Below, piece after piece: positions 37,173-46,212 of a stretch of DNA of 64,000 nt. Source of the stretch: a virus (lineage: Duplodnaviria; Caudoviricetes); the IMG/VR virus record IMGVR_UViG_3300037313_000659, positions 5,085 through 69,084 of that record; one strand, given 5' to 3'. The translations under genes were made by a program, and so were the position numbers. The notes under the pieces are model-generated. The model was not told where the DNA came from. It was given only the letters and a program-made list of their open reading frames with translations, and did no database searches. Numbering within the stretch: the first letter of the stretch is position 1; each line of letters starts with the position of its first letter.

Positions 37173-37827
37173 TGCGGTGCCCCTTCATGGTCTCCCATCC
37201 GTCGACGAAGCCGGAGCGGGTGCCTTCGGGAAGGTCGCACTGATCGTAGGGGTCGGCGTCCACGATCATTTTGCAGTTCTTGCCGAACCGAGTGAGGAAC
37301 AGCTTCATCTGCTTGGGGGTGGCATTCTGCGCCTCGTCGAAAATAACGAGAGCGTCGTTGAAGGTGTGGCCGCGAAGCATGCCGAGCGGGGCGATCTCGA
37401 TGATCTTGGCGTCGAGCATGTATTCGACAGGACCGGAACCGAGCCGCTCTTCGAGGATCGCAATAACGGGAGCAGCCCAGGGAGCGATCTTCTCTTCGAG
37501 CTCGCCAGGGAGGAAGCCATACTCTTCCTCGGCGCCGACTGCTGGCCGAGTGATGATGATCTTCTTGATCTCCTTGGCGTCGAGCATTTCAGCAGCGCGA
37601 GCAGCCGCGACGTAGGTCTTGCCTGTGCCGGCCGGACCCATGCAGAACACGAGGTCATAGACATCGATGGCGTTGAGGTAGGCAGCTTGTGCTTCTGTCT
37701 GCGGTTCGAGGGGTTTCCGGCTTCGCTGGATGCGAGGGGCGGGGATATGGTCGGAAGGGAGTCTGATTTCCTGGCGAGCGCGCTTCCCCTTGGGGTTGCG
37801 CTCCTGCCTGGAACGATCGCGAGACAT
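37024..37827 (-). CDS. phoH: PhoH-family ATPase
   Basis: GPAGTGKTY, TRPAV, GFLPG, RGHTF, DEAQN, FLTRFG, QCDL and DIVRS. Confidence 0.92.
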   Translation of the reverse strand: MSRDRSRQERNPKGKRARQEIRLPSDHIPAPRIQRSRKPLEPQTEAQAAYLNAIDVYDLVFCMGPAGTGKTYVAAARAAEMLDAKEIKKIIITRPAVGAEEEYGFLPGELEEKIAPWAAPVIAILEERLGSGPVEYMLDAKIIEIAPLGMLRGHTFNDALVIFDEAQNATPKQMKLFLTRFGKNCKMIVDADPYDQCDLPEGTRSGFVDGWETMKGHRNVGFVEFTLDDIVRSGMCREILLQYAKKGTQLGHNLGFHSPSFLSQSAG

Positions 37828-37904
37828 TGGGCACTCCTACGCATGTGTTCTTGTATGCATGTATTCTAGCACGCATGCAATAGAAGATCGCGAATTGACT
37901 TTGA

Positions 37905-39635
37905 CTATTTTCCCCTCGGAGCGAACCAGCGACCGTTCCTCATCGTGAGAATGCAACGCCTCCCGTTCGGGTAGGTGGCGATGTGGCTGTGGTCCCAGCT
38001 GGACAGACCCTTGTTGTAACCCATGTCGAGCATGCCGGAGACGCCGGCAACCGCCGCCCCATCGCCGAGCCAGGGGCTGTGCGTGTGGCCGGTGTTCGAC
38101 TTGCTGCCCATCTTCGTGAACTGCCGCGGGTTGCCGCGAGCTCCGTTGGCGCCAAGGTGACCGTGCATGCCGCACTCGATGTCGCCGCAGACCATGAAGC
38201 TCTCGTCTTCCGAGACGAAGCGGACGCCAGAGAGACCCATCGGGGAGAAGTCGCGGAGCACGCTCTCGAAGATCGGTGGATCCTCGACACCCTCGGCGAG
38301 GGCACGAATGTAGTCGGCGGTGGTCTCCAGGTAGAACTGGGCGTTGACCGGATCGGTCTTCCAGTCCGCTTCCTTGATCCAGCGCAGGAGCGCGTTGTCA
38401 TGGTTCGACTGAATCACGACGATCTGCCGATCGCCCCCGTTGATCGCATCGAGGAACCGGCTGCAGCCTTCGAGCTCGTAGGCCACGTTGTCCGTGCCAT
38501 TGCGCCAGTTCTTGAAGATGAACGCCGGATCCTTGATGTTGTGGTGGTTCCGCGGCGAGAAGTCGGAGAGGTCGTGGATGAAGACGAACTTGGGGTTCAG
38601 GTCAGCGAGCAGCGTTGCATGGGTGCTGATGATCTTCCGATCCTTGGGGCAGTAGCCGAAGGTCGTGAGCGCCACTTCGGGATCGAGCTTCTCGTGGTGA
38701 ATGTCGCCAGGATTGAGAGCCTCGATCCTATTGCCCTCGGTGATGGTCCCTTCGCCGGACACGATCACATCGAGGTCTTGGAAGGTGCCGTCGCCGTCGA
38801 GCTCCGTGGAGATGTGTCGAGCGAAGGTGGTGCCGTCCGGCATGAGCTCGACGATCACGGCGCCGATAACGTGGTGGAACTCGGCCGCGATGCCCGCGCG
38901 CTTCTGAACGTAATTGGGACGGGTGACCGCGCCAGTGGTCAGCAGGTGCTTGGTGGGCTTGCGCTTCGCTGTAGCGACCGTCTGCAGTCGCTGCTTGGCG
39001 TGGGGTAGAATGCCCCATTTATCGCGCGTGTAGGTCTCGAAGCCCGAGAAGGGGTTGGTTGCGGTCGGGAGGGTGTTCATCTCCCCGCAGAAGATGAGGC
39101 CGTCGCCAATCTCGACCTGATCGTGGACCAGGTAATTGCGGACGCTCTCGTGGTAGTAGATCGGGTTGTCGCGCTTGCTCGTGCGCTTCGCCTGTTCATC
39201 GTCCCAAACGGACTTGTTGTAGGTGAAGCCGGCGACCAGGATCTCGGTGTCGCCGAGCCAGTCGGCATATTCGTGGAGTCGATCGAGGAAGGGCTGGTGG
39301 ACGGAGCTTTCGTCCTGCGCGCTCGTGATGATGAAGCGTCGGGTTCTGTCGGGTAGTGGGTCGTAGCGTCGGTAGGAGACGAGCGTCCGATCGACGAACT
39401 CGATCGCCGGCGGCTCCTCTTCCTGCTTCGGCTGGACCGCCGTGCGGCCGGTGCCGATCCTGGAGATCAGCTGGGGAACCTGGAGGTCGCCCTCGTCGCG
39501 TAGCGCGCGCATCTCACCTGCGCGGTTGCGCACGGTTTTGATCGAGCAACCCATTTCCTGGGCGACGGCTTCAAGCGAGGGGAAGTTGTCGAGGTCGTTA
39601 TAGACGGACGCAAACCGCTGATCGTAGGCTCTCAT
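37905..39635 (-). CDS. HTH + calcineurin-like metallophosphoesterase
   Basis: N-terminal SLEAVAQEMGCSIKTVRNR; GDIH, HDLSD, SNHD, MHGH and TGHTH. Confidence 0.8.
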   Translation of the reverse strand: MRAYDQRFASVYNDLDNFPSLEAVAQEMGCSIKTVRNRAGEMRALRDEGDLQVPQLISRIGTGRTAVQPKQEEEPPAIEFVDRTLVSYRRYDPLPDRTRRFIITSAQDESSVHQPFLDRLHEYADWLGDTEILVAGFTYNKSVWDDEQAKRTSKRDNPIYYHESVRNYLVHDQVEIGDGLIFCGEMNTLPTATNPFSGFETYTRDKWGILPHAKQRLQTVATAKRKPTKHLLTTGAVTRPNYVQKRAGIAAEFHHVIGAVIVELMPDGTTFARHISTELDGDGTFQDLDVIVSGEGTITEGNRIEALNPGDIHHEKLDPEVALTTFGYCPKDRKIISTHATLLADLNPKFVFIHDLSDFSPRNHHNIKDPAFIFKNWRNGTDNVAYELEGCSRFLDAINGGDRQIVVIQSNHDNALLRWIKEADWKTDPVNAQFYLETTADYIRALAEGVEDPPIFESVLRDFSPMGLSGVRFVSEDESFMVCGDIECGMHGHLGANGARGNPRQFTKMGSKSNTGHTHSPWLGDGAAVAGVSGMLDMGYNKGLSSWDHSHIATYPNGRRCILTMRNGRWFAPRGK

Positions 39636-39684
39636 TCAAACTCCTGTGATGCCCTTGGGGCGCTTGCGAGCGTATTAGCTTAGT

Positions 39685-39706
39685 GCATGCGTGTTGTCTA
39701 GCATGC
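39685..39706. promoter_or_regulatory. 22-bp phage box with 9-bp perfect flanking arms, overlapping a sigma70-like promoter
   Basis: AGTGCATGC-N10-GCATGCACT; on the minus strand TAGACA-17 nt-TAATAC. Confidence 0.75.
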
Positions 39707-39713
39707 ACTTAAG

Positions 39714-40169
39714 TCATATTTTCTCGGACTTGAGCCAGCTCGAAACGTCGAAAGAGGGACATGCCTTCATGACATGCGGCCAGTCGCGGTGTCCGCGAAT
39801 GACGACATGCGGATACTGCGCCTTCAGCTTGCGCACGAGATCGGCCATCGCGCGCTTCTGGAGATCGGTGCGCGTGTCCATCGGCTTCGTCATCGCATTG
39901 TTCATGCCGCCGACATAGCAGATGCCGATATTGCAGTGGTTGGCGCCCGCAACGTGCGCGCCAACCTGGGAATGCTGCAGCGTCTGATGCACCGTGCCGT
40001 CGAGCTCGATGACATAGTGGTAAGACGGCTGCCCGAAGCGCTCCAGATCCATGCCGGTGATCTTCTCGGCCGAGTCATTGCGACCGGCCGGCGTTGCGGC
40101 ACAGTGAATGGTGATCCACTTGATGTTCTTGGGATCCATCCAGGCAGGGGTTACGCGCGGGTGACTCAT
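39714..40169 (-). CDS. Endolysin, N-acetylmuramoyl-L-alanine amidase (T7 lysozyme-like)
   Basis: ITIHCAAT, YHYVI, GAHVAG, IGICYVGG, GHRD and KACP. Confidence 0.9.
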   Translation of the reverse strand: MSHPRVTPAWMDPKNIKWITIHCAATPAGRNDSAEKITGMDLERFGQPSYHYVIELDGTVHQTLQHSQVGAHVAGANHCNIGICYVGGMNNAMTKPMDTRTDLQKRAMADLVRKLKAQYPHVVIRGHRDWPHVMKACPSFDVSSWLKSEKI

Positions 40170-40534
40170 TGCAGTTCGTCCGTGTTCATGGGTTGAGTGG
40201 TCTCGCCGGTCTCCTTGCCGAAGGTCGGGAAGAAGGTGCGTGCGAGTTGGATGCCGACTTTGATCGGGTGCTGGGCGAACTCCTGGCTCGCCTTTACAAT
40301 GCCGAGCAGCAGGTTCTCGGTGACCACCGCGGCCACGCCGCAGATGATGTAGACATACTTGCTATCCGCCCAAATGTGGCCGGCCAGGAACGCGCCGGCA
40401 CCGCCGAGCACGCAGCCGAGCAGCAGCGACCACCAGTTCCGCTTCGCGCCGGAAAGGATCGACTGCAGCAGCACGAGGATCGCACCGCCAGTGAACACCC
40501 ACATCGAGTGGAGCATGTTGTTGTCAAACTGCAC
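40166..40534 (-). CDS. Holin-like membrane protein
   Basis: Three hydrophobic segments; ATGA overlap with the endolysin. Confidence 0.6.
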   Translation of the reverse strand: MQFDNNMLHSMWVFTGGAILVLLQSILSGAKRNWWSLLLGCVLGGAGAFLAGHIWADSKYVYIICGVAAVVTENLLLGIVKASQEFAQHPIKVGIQLARTFFPTFGKETGETTQPMNTDELQ

Positions 40535-40868
40535 GGCTGTTCTTTCCCCATAGATACTTGTCGACAGGTCCGACCTCCTTGGAGAGCGTCGATCGGACGA
40601 AGAGATGAGCGGCGATCAGGAGAGCGCCGATCGAGGTGTGAAGCGCGCCCCACATGGTTGTGGCCGTAGGCGGCAGACCGAACTGCAGGAGTGCGCCAGC
40701 GTGGCAGATCGAGAAGATCGTCGAGAGGGTCACCCACAGATACAGGATCGCGTTACGTTTCCCGCGGAAGTAGTCGGTGACCGTGAACTGCCAGTGCTTG
40801 CCGGATCCCACTGCGAGGATGCCGGTGACAGCGGCGATCGAGCTCATGAGCGCTGCGAATAGAGCCAA
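40524..40868 (-). CDS. Membrane protein (holin/antiholin candidate)
   Basis: Three hydrophobic segments within the lysis cassette. Confidence 0.55.
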   Translation of the reverse strand: MALFAALMSSIAAVTGILAVGSGKHWQFTVTDYFRGKRNAILYLWVTLSTIFSICHAGALLQFGLPPTATTMWGALHTSIGALLIAAHLFVRSTLSKEVGPVDKYLWGKNSRAV

Positions 40869-40871
40869 GTG

Positions 40872-41090
40872 TCAATTCCTTTCCCGTAGACGGACACCGA
40901 ACCCGATGGGCATCGAGTGGTCGTCCTCTTGCGGCTCTGGCTCGTCTTCGAGATCCTCGGTCGCCCGAACATTTCGAGCGATGATCGCAGCGACGAAGCT
41001 GGTGTGCCGCAGGACACGCCAAACACCCCAGCCGATCGCGACCAGGAGACCAATGATGATCGAGGCCGCGGCCAACTGCAGGTGTGTCAT
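40872..41090 (-). CDS. Small single-pass membrane protein
   Basis: N-terminal TM, acidic tail; start lies within tandem 22-bp boxes. Confidence 0.55.
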   Translation of the reverse strand: MTHLQLAAASIIIGLLVAIGWGVWRVLRHTSFVAAIIARNVRATEDLEDEPEPQEDDHSMPIGFGVRLRERN

Positions 41091-41126
41091 AACGCATGCA
41101 TTTTACCACGCATGCGGGGTCAATAG

Positions 41127-41723
41127 CTACCGGAAATTAGGCCCAACCAGAAACATTGAGAGGGTGCGCCGCTTGCCTCGCGTGACCGGCGTGACGCGGT
41201 GGATCTTGTAGGACGGAAACGCGGTGATGATGCCTTGCTGCTTCCTGGCCGTGTGGTGCGCGGTCGAGACCAGGACATCAAAATCGCCACCCTCATATTC
41301 TGATGGGTCGCTCAACTGGAGCACGAGCGAGAGCTTCCGCGGCGCCGGCGTATCGCAGCCGATGTCCAGGTGCCAGTTGAAGTGCTCGTCGAGGCTCGCG
41401 TCGTAGCTCAAGTAGTAGAAGTTCTCGTGGAAGCCTGTGAGATCGTATTGATAGGTCTCCGCGTTAAACTCCTGCGCCCACTCGGCCATGCGATCGTAGA
41501 ACCAGCGGGTGTCGTCGTTCAGCGGGAAGTGCGAGCCTGTCGCCTTCACCTGCTCATCGGTGTTCCCACCGTAGAGACTGACGCCGTAGGTTTCGAGCTC
41601 GTCTCCAATTTCGCGGATACGGTTGATCTCCTCGATAGTGAGGCCGCTGTCCCGCTGAATGAAGTGGGCGTTCTTTATGCCGGCATTGGGAGGGGAGGGG
41701 TCAGACGAGAAGCCGTAGATCAT
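41127..41723 (-). CDS. Prolyl-4-hydroxylase-like 2OG-Fe(II) oxygenase
   Basis: WHLD, RKLSLVLQLSDPSEYEGG and FPSYKIHRVTPVTRGKRRTL; ATGA-coupled to the adhesin gene. Confidence 0.85.
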   Translation of the reverse strand: MIYGFSSDPSPPNAGIKNAHFIQRDSGLTIEEINRIREIGDELETYGVSLYGGNTDEQVKATGSHFPLNDDTRWFYDRMAEWAQEFNAETYQYDLTGFHENFYYLSYDASLDEHFNWHLDIGCDTPAPRKLSLVLQLSDPSEYEGGDFDVLVSTAHHTARKQQGIITAFPSYKIHRVTPVTRGKRRTLSMFLVGPNFR

Positions 41724-42214
41724 AGGGTCATCGTGGCTCCACCGACGCCACCGCCGCTGCCGTAGGTCGTGAGGTTGAGCGTCCAAGACTGGTTGGCAAC
41801 GCCGTCATTGGCAGTGAGCGTGACCGTCGCGGTTCGAGTTGCGCTGGTGGCAGCTGCCGTCATCGTGAAGGTGATGCTCGCCGCCGAGTTGCCGCTCGCG
41901 ACGTTCGAGCTAACTGATCCAGAGTTCGTGCCGGTGATCGTGAAGGTCCAGGTAACTGCCCTGCTCGCGGTGATCGTCTTGGACAGCGTGCCGCCGCCAG
42001 GTCCACCGTTGTCATAGTTGTAGGTGCCCGCGACAGGCGTGTAGGTCGCGGCGCTTTGACCAGAGCGTCCATAGAAGTCGGAGAAGGACAGTGCCCCTGA
42101 CGAAGGAGCTCCACCCTTGCCGTAGAACGCAGTCGGGAACACCGAGCCGATCGCGAGACCGAACTCGGCGCAAATCTGCGCGTAGGTGATGGTGCCTGAC
42201 GCGGGGAGGGTCAT
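41720..42214 (-). CDS. Tail fibre adhesin (gp38-like N-terminus)
   Basis: MTLPASGTITYAQICAEFG...PSSGALSFSDFYG followed by a beta-rich domain. Confidence 0.7.
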   Translation of the reverse strand: MTLPASGTITYAQICAEFGLAIGSVFPTAFYGKGGAPSSGALSFSDFYGRSGQSAATYTPVAGTYNYDNGGPGGGTLSKTITASRAVTWTFTITGTNSGSVSSNVASGNSAASITFTMTAAATSATRTATVTLTANDGVANQSWTLNLTTYGSGGGVGGATMTL

Positions 42215-45200
42215 GCCGCGGCCTTGAGCTCCGCGATCTCGCGAGCCTGCGCCTCGACGATGCCCTTGAGCTCCTTGATCGCCTCGATCAGGTAGGCGGT
42301 GGTCGCAGCGTCATTGACCGACAGGACACCCTCGTCGTTCTCGATCACGGCTTCGGGCGCAACCTCGCGGTGCTCCTGCGCGATGACACCCGACGAAGCC
42401 TCGCCGCTCGCCTTCCACTCGAAGTGGACGCCGCGCATCTTGGCGACCTTATCGAGCGCGTTTTCGACCGTCCGAATGTTGGTCTTCAGACGCTTGTCCG
42501 AGGTTCCGGTGATCGTCGTCGCCGTGAAGCCGCCGCTCCAGGTCATCGAGCCGGTCGAGGTCACCTGGAGGTTACCCCATTCGGCCGATGCCGCATTGTT
42601 CGTGAACTGAATGATTGCGTTACCAGCCGCACCCTGACGAACGCGGACGCCGCCGGTGGTGCCGGAGTTCGGCGTGATGAAGTCGCCAAGACCAGAAGCC
42701 GTAACGGAACCGCCAACGGTCAGACCCGCAGCCTGCAGGACGTAGGTCGTGCCGTTGTAGTAGAGGTAGCGAGATCCGCCACCGAGGAAGATCACGCCGG
42801 TCCCATCGCCACGAGATGCGGTGATGTCGTTCGTATTGGTGATGCCGAGCGTGGTTGTGCCGCTGGAGACGTTCAGGCCGCCGCCGTTGACGGTGAGGCC
42901 GTTCGACATGGTGACCGCACCGCTCGCCATGTTAATCATCAGCGGACGAAGCCCGTTCCAGCTGTTCGACGGAGTTGTTTCGTTGTTCGTGCAGAGGAAA
43001 TAGAAGTTCGACCCGTCATTGCGGAAGATCGCAGTCGGGGTCGAAGTGGTGCCGCTGTGGAGCAGCAGACCGTCAGAGTTCGTGGTGACGAACTTCCCAG
43101 GCGTCTTGATGTCCGCAGCGAAGGTTGCCGTTCCGTCTGCTTCCGCAATCGACATCGCGATCAGCGAACTTCCCGCCCCGTTGGTGCGAAAGATTCGGAA
43201 GGTCTGGTCCGACAGGACATCGACGCTCCAGGTGTTGTTTCCACCTGGACCAGTGATGCCAGTCGCGAGATTATTGCCGTAGCCGAGGGTGAGCTGACCA
43301 CCTTCGCCACCAACACCACTGCCGCGAGCAACGAAGTTGCCGTTCGTCGAGATGATGGAGCCGGAAGTCGTGGTTCCGGTAATGGTGGCGGCGCCCGTAG
43401 CGGTGATGTTGCCGCTGGAGTCCACCGTGAACCTGTCCGCGCCAAAATACACGCGGAACAGGTTGGCGGTGTTGTAGAGGGTGGCTGTCGTGCTCGTGCC
43501 GTCGCGAGCACCGAGGATCAGCGCGGTGTTCGAGCCGGAGTTGAGAGTCAGACCGCCGTTGTTGTCGAGCGAGGCGACAACCGTGCCGTCGACCTTCTGG
43601 AAGGAGTGGGCGTTGCCGCGAAGAGTCGCGCTAGAGGCAGTCGCAAAGATGCGGCCATATTCGGTCGCGCCGGTCGAGTCCTTGAAGATAACATAGGGGC
43701 CAGCTCGCATGACGATGTTGGAGTCCATCGTCAGCGTGCCGGTGAAGGTCGCGCCGGTGGTCAGCGCATACGATCCAGACGCTTGCTTGCCCGCGATAGC
43801 GGTGTTCGCGTCAGCAAGTCCCTTGCGCAGCTTGCCAAGCGCGTTGAGCAGCGTGTCGGTATCAGCGACCGTCCCAGCGACATCGATCAGGCCAGTGAGC
43901 GTGGCAGCGCGAACGCGAACGTCCGTGTAATACTTGTTCGTCGCACCTTCGGGAACGGCGTCGGTTGAACCAGGGCTCGCTGCGATGTTGACGTAAGCCG
44001 AGCCGCTCCAGCGATAGGTCTTGTTGTCGTTGAGGGTGACGTAGATGACGCCGGTAGATCCCGTCCCTGGAAGAGATGCGAAGTCTGCAGCCTCGATCAC
44101 ATCATCCACGAACGAGGGCAGCTGTGCGGCCGGAACCTTGCCGGTGGCATCGAGCGAAGCGACACCGTTCGCGGCACCCTTGTCGGCCGCAGTCAGGACC
44201 GCGTTGCCACCAACCGTAAGCGTGCCAGTGAATGCCGCGCCGGTCGAGCTGAACGTCGCGGTCGGCAGGATGACATCGTTACCCGAGTAGTTCAGGCGAA
44301 GCGGCTTCAGGTTGTAGCTCTGGATGTAACCCGCGTTGGCGTCGTCATACATCCTGACGCCAGCCCCGCCGGTGATCTGTGACCAAACGCCTCCGGCCAC
44401 CGAAACGGTGAGACCGCCGCTGTTGATCGTTGCGTAGGTCGTGTCGGCCGCGGCATTGCGGAACACATGAGAACCCGCGCTCCAGTAGAAGCCGGCGTCA
44501 GCAACCTGCAGCTGCGCCTGGGTCGAGGGCGCGCCAGCCGCCCAGCGACGGAAAGTCCAGAAGTGGTAGTAGTTCGAGGTCTCGAAGTAGACCGAATTGT
44601 CAGAAGTGCCGCCGGTCGGCCCAATGCTCGTGGTTCCTCCGCGAGTGTTGAACGAGGCTCCGTTGACAGTGACGGTGCCGCCGACCGTGAGGTTGCCTGT
44701 CGCGTCGAAGTCGCCGGCCGAACCCTGCACAGTCCAGTTGTAGCCGCCACCCGCGACCAGGACATCGCCCTTATCGCCGTCCGTGACGAACCCGCCGCCA
44801 GTGGGGGTCGTGTCCATGTCGCTCGTGGATCCGCCCTGGCGCTTCTTGAACTTGCCCTCGGCCGACGAATACCAGATCGTTCCGTCTGCAGGTGCCGCGG
44901 GGTCCACCATCGGAGCCAGAGCCAGCGAGCCGGAGAGCAGCGCACCGTTGGTATTCAGGCGCAGCTTCTCGACCGACTGCCGATAGAGCACGACATCGAC
45001 GTTGGAGAAGGAGCCGAGACCGAACTCGGTCGAGCTGATCCAGAAGGAGCCGGACCTGGTGCCGTCATTGATCCCGATCTGCGGCGCGCCGATCGTTCCG
45101 TCCACGCTGCCGCCGAAGAGCGCCACCTTGCCGCTGGCGCTGTGGACGGCGAGCGGGAAGTTCGCGTCAGGAGCCTGGCCGATGCCGACTTTCGTGTTGA

Positions 45201-46143
45201 CGGTCACATCGCCGGTGAAGGTCGCACCCGCGAGCGCTGCATAGTTCGCGAGCGAGGCCGTGGTCGCATAGTTCGCGAGCGAGGCCGTGGTCGCATAGTT
45301 CGCCAGGGTCGTGTTGAGGCTGCTGCTCGTGACGTAGTTGGCGAGCGTGGGACCGAGCGCAGCGACAGCGCGAGCGTTCGTGAAATAGAGATTGATCGAA
45401 CCCTCGGTAACCGCGTCGGTCGAGCCAGGACTGGCGCTGATCTCGGCGTAAGCGCTGCCGCCCCAACGCCAGGTCTTGTTGTTGTCGAGCGTCACATAGA
45501 TGACGCCGGCCGAGCCGGTGGCCGGGAGCGCGGCGAAGTTCGCCACCTCGATCACATCGTCAACGAACGCTGGAAGCTGGGTCGCGGGAACCTTGCCGCC
45601 GCTGTCGAGCGTGGCAATGCCATTCGCTACGCCGAGCTTGCTGGCGTCCAGGATCGCGTTGGCGCCGATGTAAGGCTGCTGCTTGAACTCGAACGCACGA
45701 TCGCCGGCGTCGAGCCAGTAGCGATTGGTCGGAGAGTTATACTGTCCGATCCCCCAAAAGTGGGTCCATGCGGTGTCGGTGAAACCGAACAGCTGCGGGC
45801 CGTTGACGCCGCCGTCCCACAGGTTGAAACCACCGCCGCTGGTCTGGTTTTCGATGGTGACCGAGCCGGCAGGAATGACGACTCCAGTGTAGCCGCCGAC
45901 GCTCTCGCCATCGAGCAGGGTCGGAACTCTGCGCGCGAGCGCATCAGCAACGTCCACGCCGGCGATCGCGAGCGCGGAAAAGGAGACGCTGTTGTTCAGC
46001 TTGGCATAGGTCGAAAGCTCGTCGCTGGTCTTCTGCGAGGACCAGAGCTTGTCGGATGCGATGACCGTATCCTGGATGCTGTCATAGACAGTTCCGCTCC
46101 CGAAGAGCTGCTCCAGGTAAACCATGCGGCGAGAAATTGTCAC
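42211..46143 (-). CDS. Long tail fibre with C-terminal intramolecular chaperone (peptidase S74)
   Basis: Gly/Thr-rich modules; C-terminal SDKRLKTNI...ALDKV...GVIAQE...LIEAIKEL. Confidence 0.9.
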   Translation of the reverse strand: MTISRRMVYLEQLFGSGTVYDSIQDTVIASDKLWSSQKTSDELSTYAKLNNSVSFSALAIAGVDVADALARRVPTLLDGESVGGYTGVVIPAGSVTIENQTSGGGFNLWDGGVNGPQLFGFTDTAWTHFWGIGQYNSPTNRYWLDAGDRAFEFKQQPYIGANAILDASKLGVANGIATLDSGGKVPATQLPAFVDDVIEVANFAALPATGSAGVIYVTLDNNKTWRWGGSAYAEISASPGSTDAVTEGSINLYFTNARAVAALGPTLANYVTSSSLNTTLANYATTASLANYATTASLANYAALAGATFTGDVTVNTKVGIGQAPDANFPLAVHSASGKVALFGGSVDGTIGAPQIGINDGTRSGSFWISSTEFGLGSFSNVDVVLYRQSVEKLRLNTNGALLSGSLALAPMVDPAAPADGTIWYSSAEGKFKKRQGGSTSDMDTTPTGGGFVTDGDKGDVLVAGGGYNWTVQGSAGDFDATGNLTVGGTVTVNGASFNTRGGTTSIGPTGGTSDNSVYFETSNYYHFWTFRRWAAGAPSTQAQLQVADAGFYWSAGSHVFRNAAADTTYATINSGGLTVSVAGGVWSQITGGAGVRMYDDANAGYIQSYNLKPLRLNYSGNDVILPTATFSSTGAAFTGTLTVGGNAVLTAADKGAANGVASLDATGKVPAAQLPSFVDDVIEAADFASLPGTGSTGVIYVTLNDNKTYRWSGSAYVNIAASPGSTDAVPEGATNKYYTDVRVRAATLTGLIDVAGTVADTDTLLNALGKLRKGLADANTAIAGKQASGSYALTTGATFTGTLTMDSNIVMRAGPYVIFKDSTGATEYGRIFATASSATLRGNAHSFQKVDGTVVASLDNNGGLTLNSGSNTALILGARDGTSTTATLYNTANLFRVYFGADRFTVDSSGNITATGAATITGTTTSGSIISTNGNFVARGSGVGGEGGQLTLGYGNNLATGITGPGGNNTWSVDVLSDQTFRIFRTNGAGSSLIAMSIAEADGTATFAADIKTPGKFVTTNSDGLLLHSGTTSTPTAIFRNDGSNFYFLCTNNETTPSNSWNGLRPLMINMASGAVTMSNGLTVNGGGLNVSSGTTTLGITNTNDITASRGDGTGVIFLGGGSRYLYYNGTTYVLQAAGLTVGGSVTASGLGDFITPNSGTTGGVRVRQGAAGNAIIQFTNNAASAEWGNLQVTSTGSMTWSGGFTATTITGTSDKRLKTNIRTVENALDKVAKMRGVHFEWKASGEASSGVIAQEHREVAPEAVIENDEGVLSVNDAATTAYLIEAIKELKGIVEAQAREIAELKAAA
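43905..45640 (-). repeat. Duplicated ~90-aa module in tail fibre (copies ~45370-45640 and ~43905-44180)
   Basis: KVPATQLPAFVDDVIEVANFAALP... versus KVPAAQLPSFVDDVIEAADFASLP...; both continue to ASPGSTDAV.EG. Confidence 0.85.
45239..45303. repeat. Perfect 27-bp tandem repeat (2.4 units), encoding (LANYATTAS)n
   Basis: GCATAGTTCGCGAGCGAGGCCGTGGTC twice plus a partial unit. Confidence 0.9.
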
Positions 46144-46178
46144 TTATTCAGAGCTCCAGCTGGGCTCGCAGTGCGAGC

Positions 46179-46200
46179 GCATGTGTATCATAACACATGC
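46179..46200. promoter_or_regulatory. 22-bp phage box, perfect palindrome
   Basis: GCATGTGT-ATCATA-ACACATGC upstream of the tail fibre gene. Confidence 0.8.
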
Positions 46201-46212
46201 GGCGCGGGCGCG

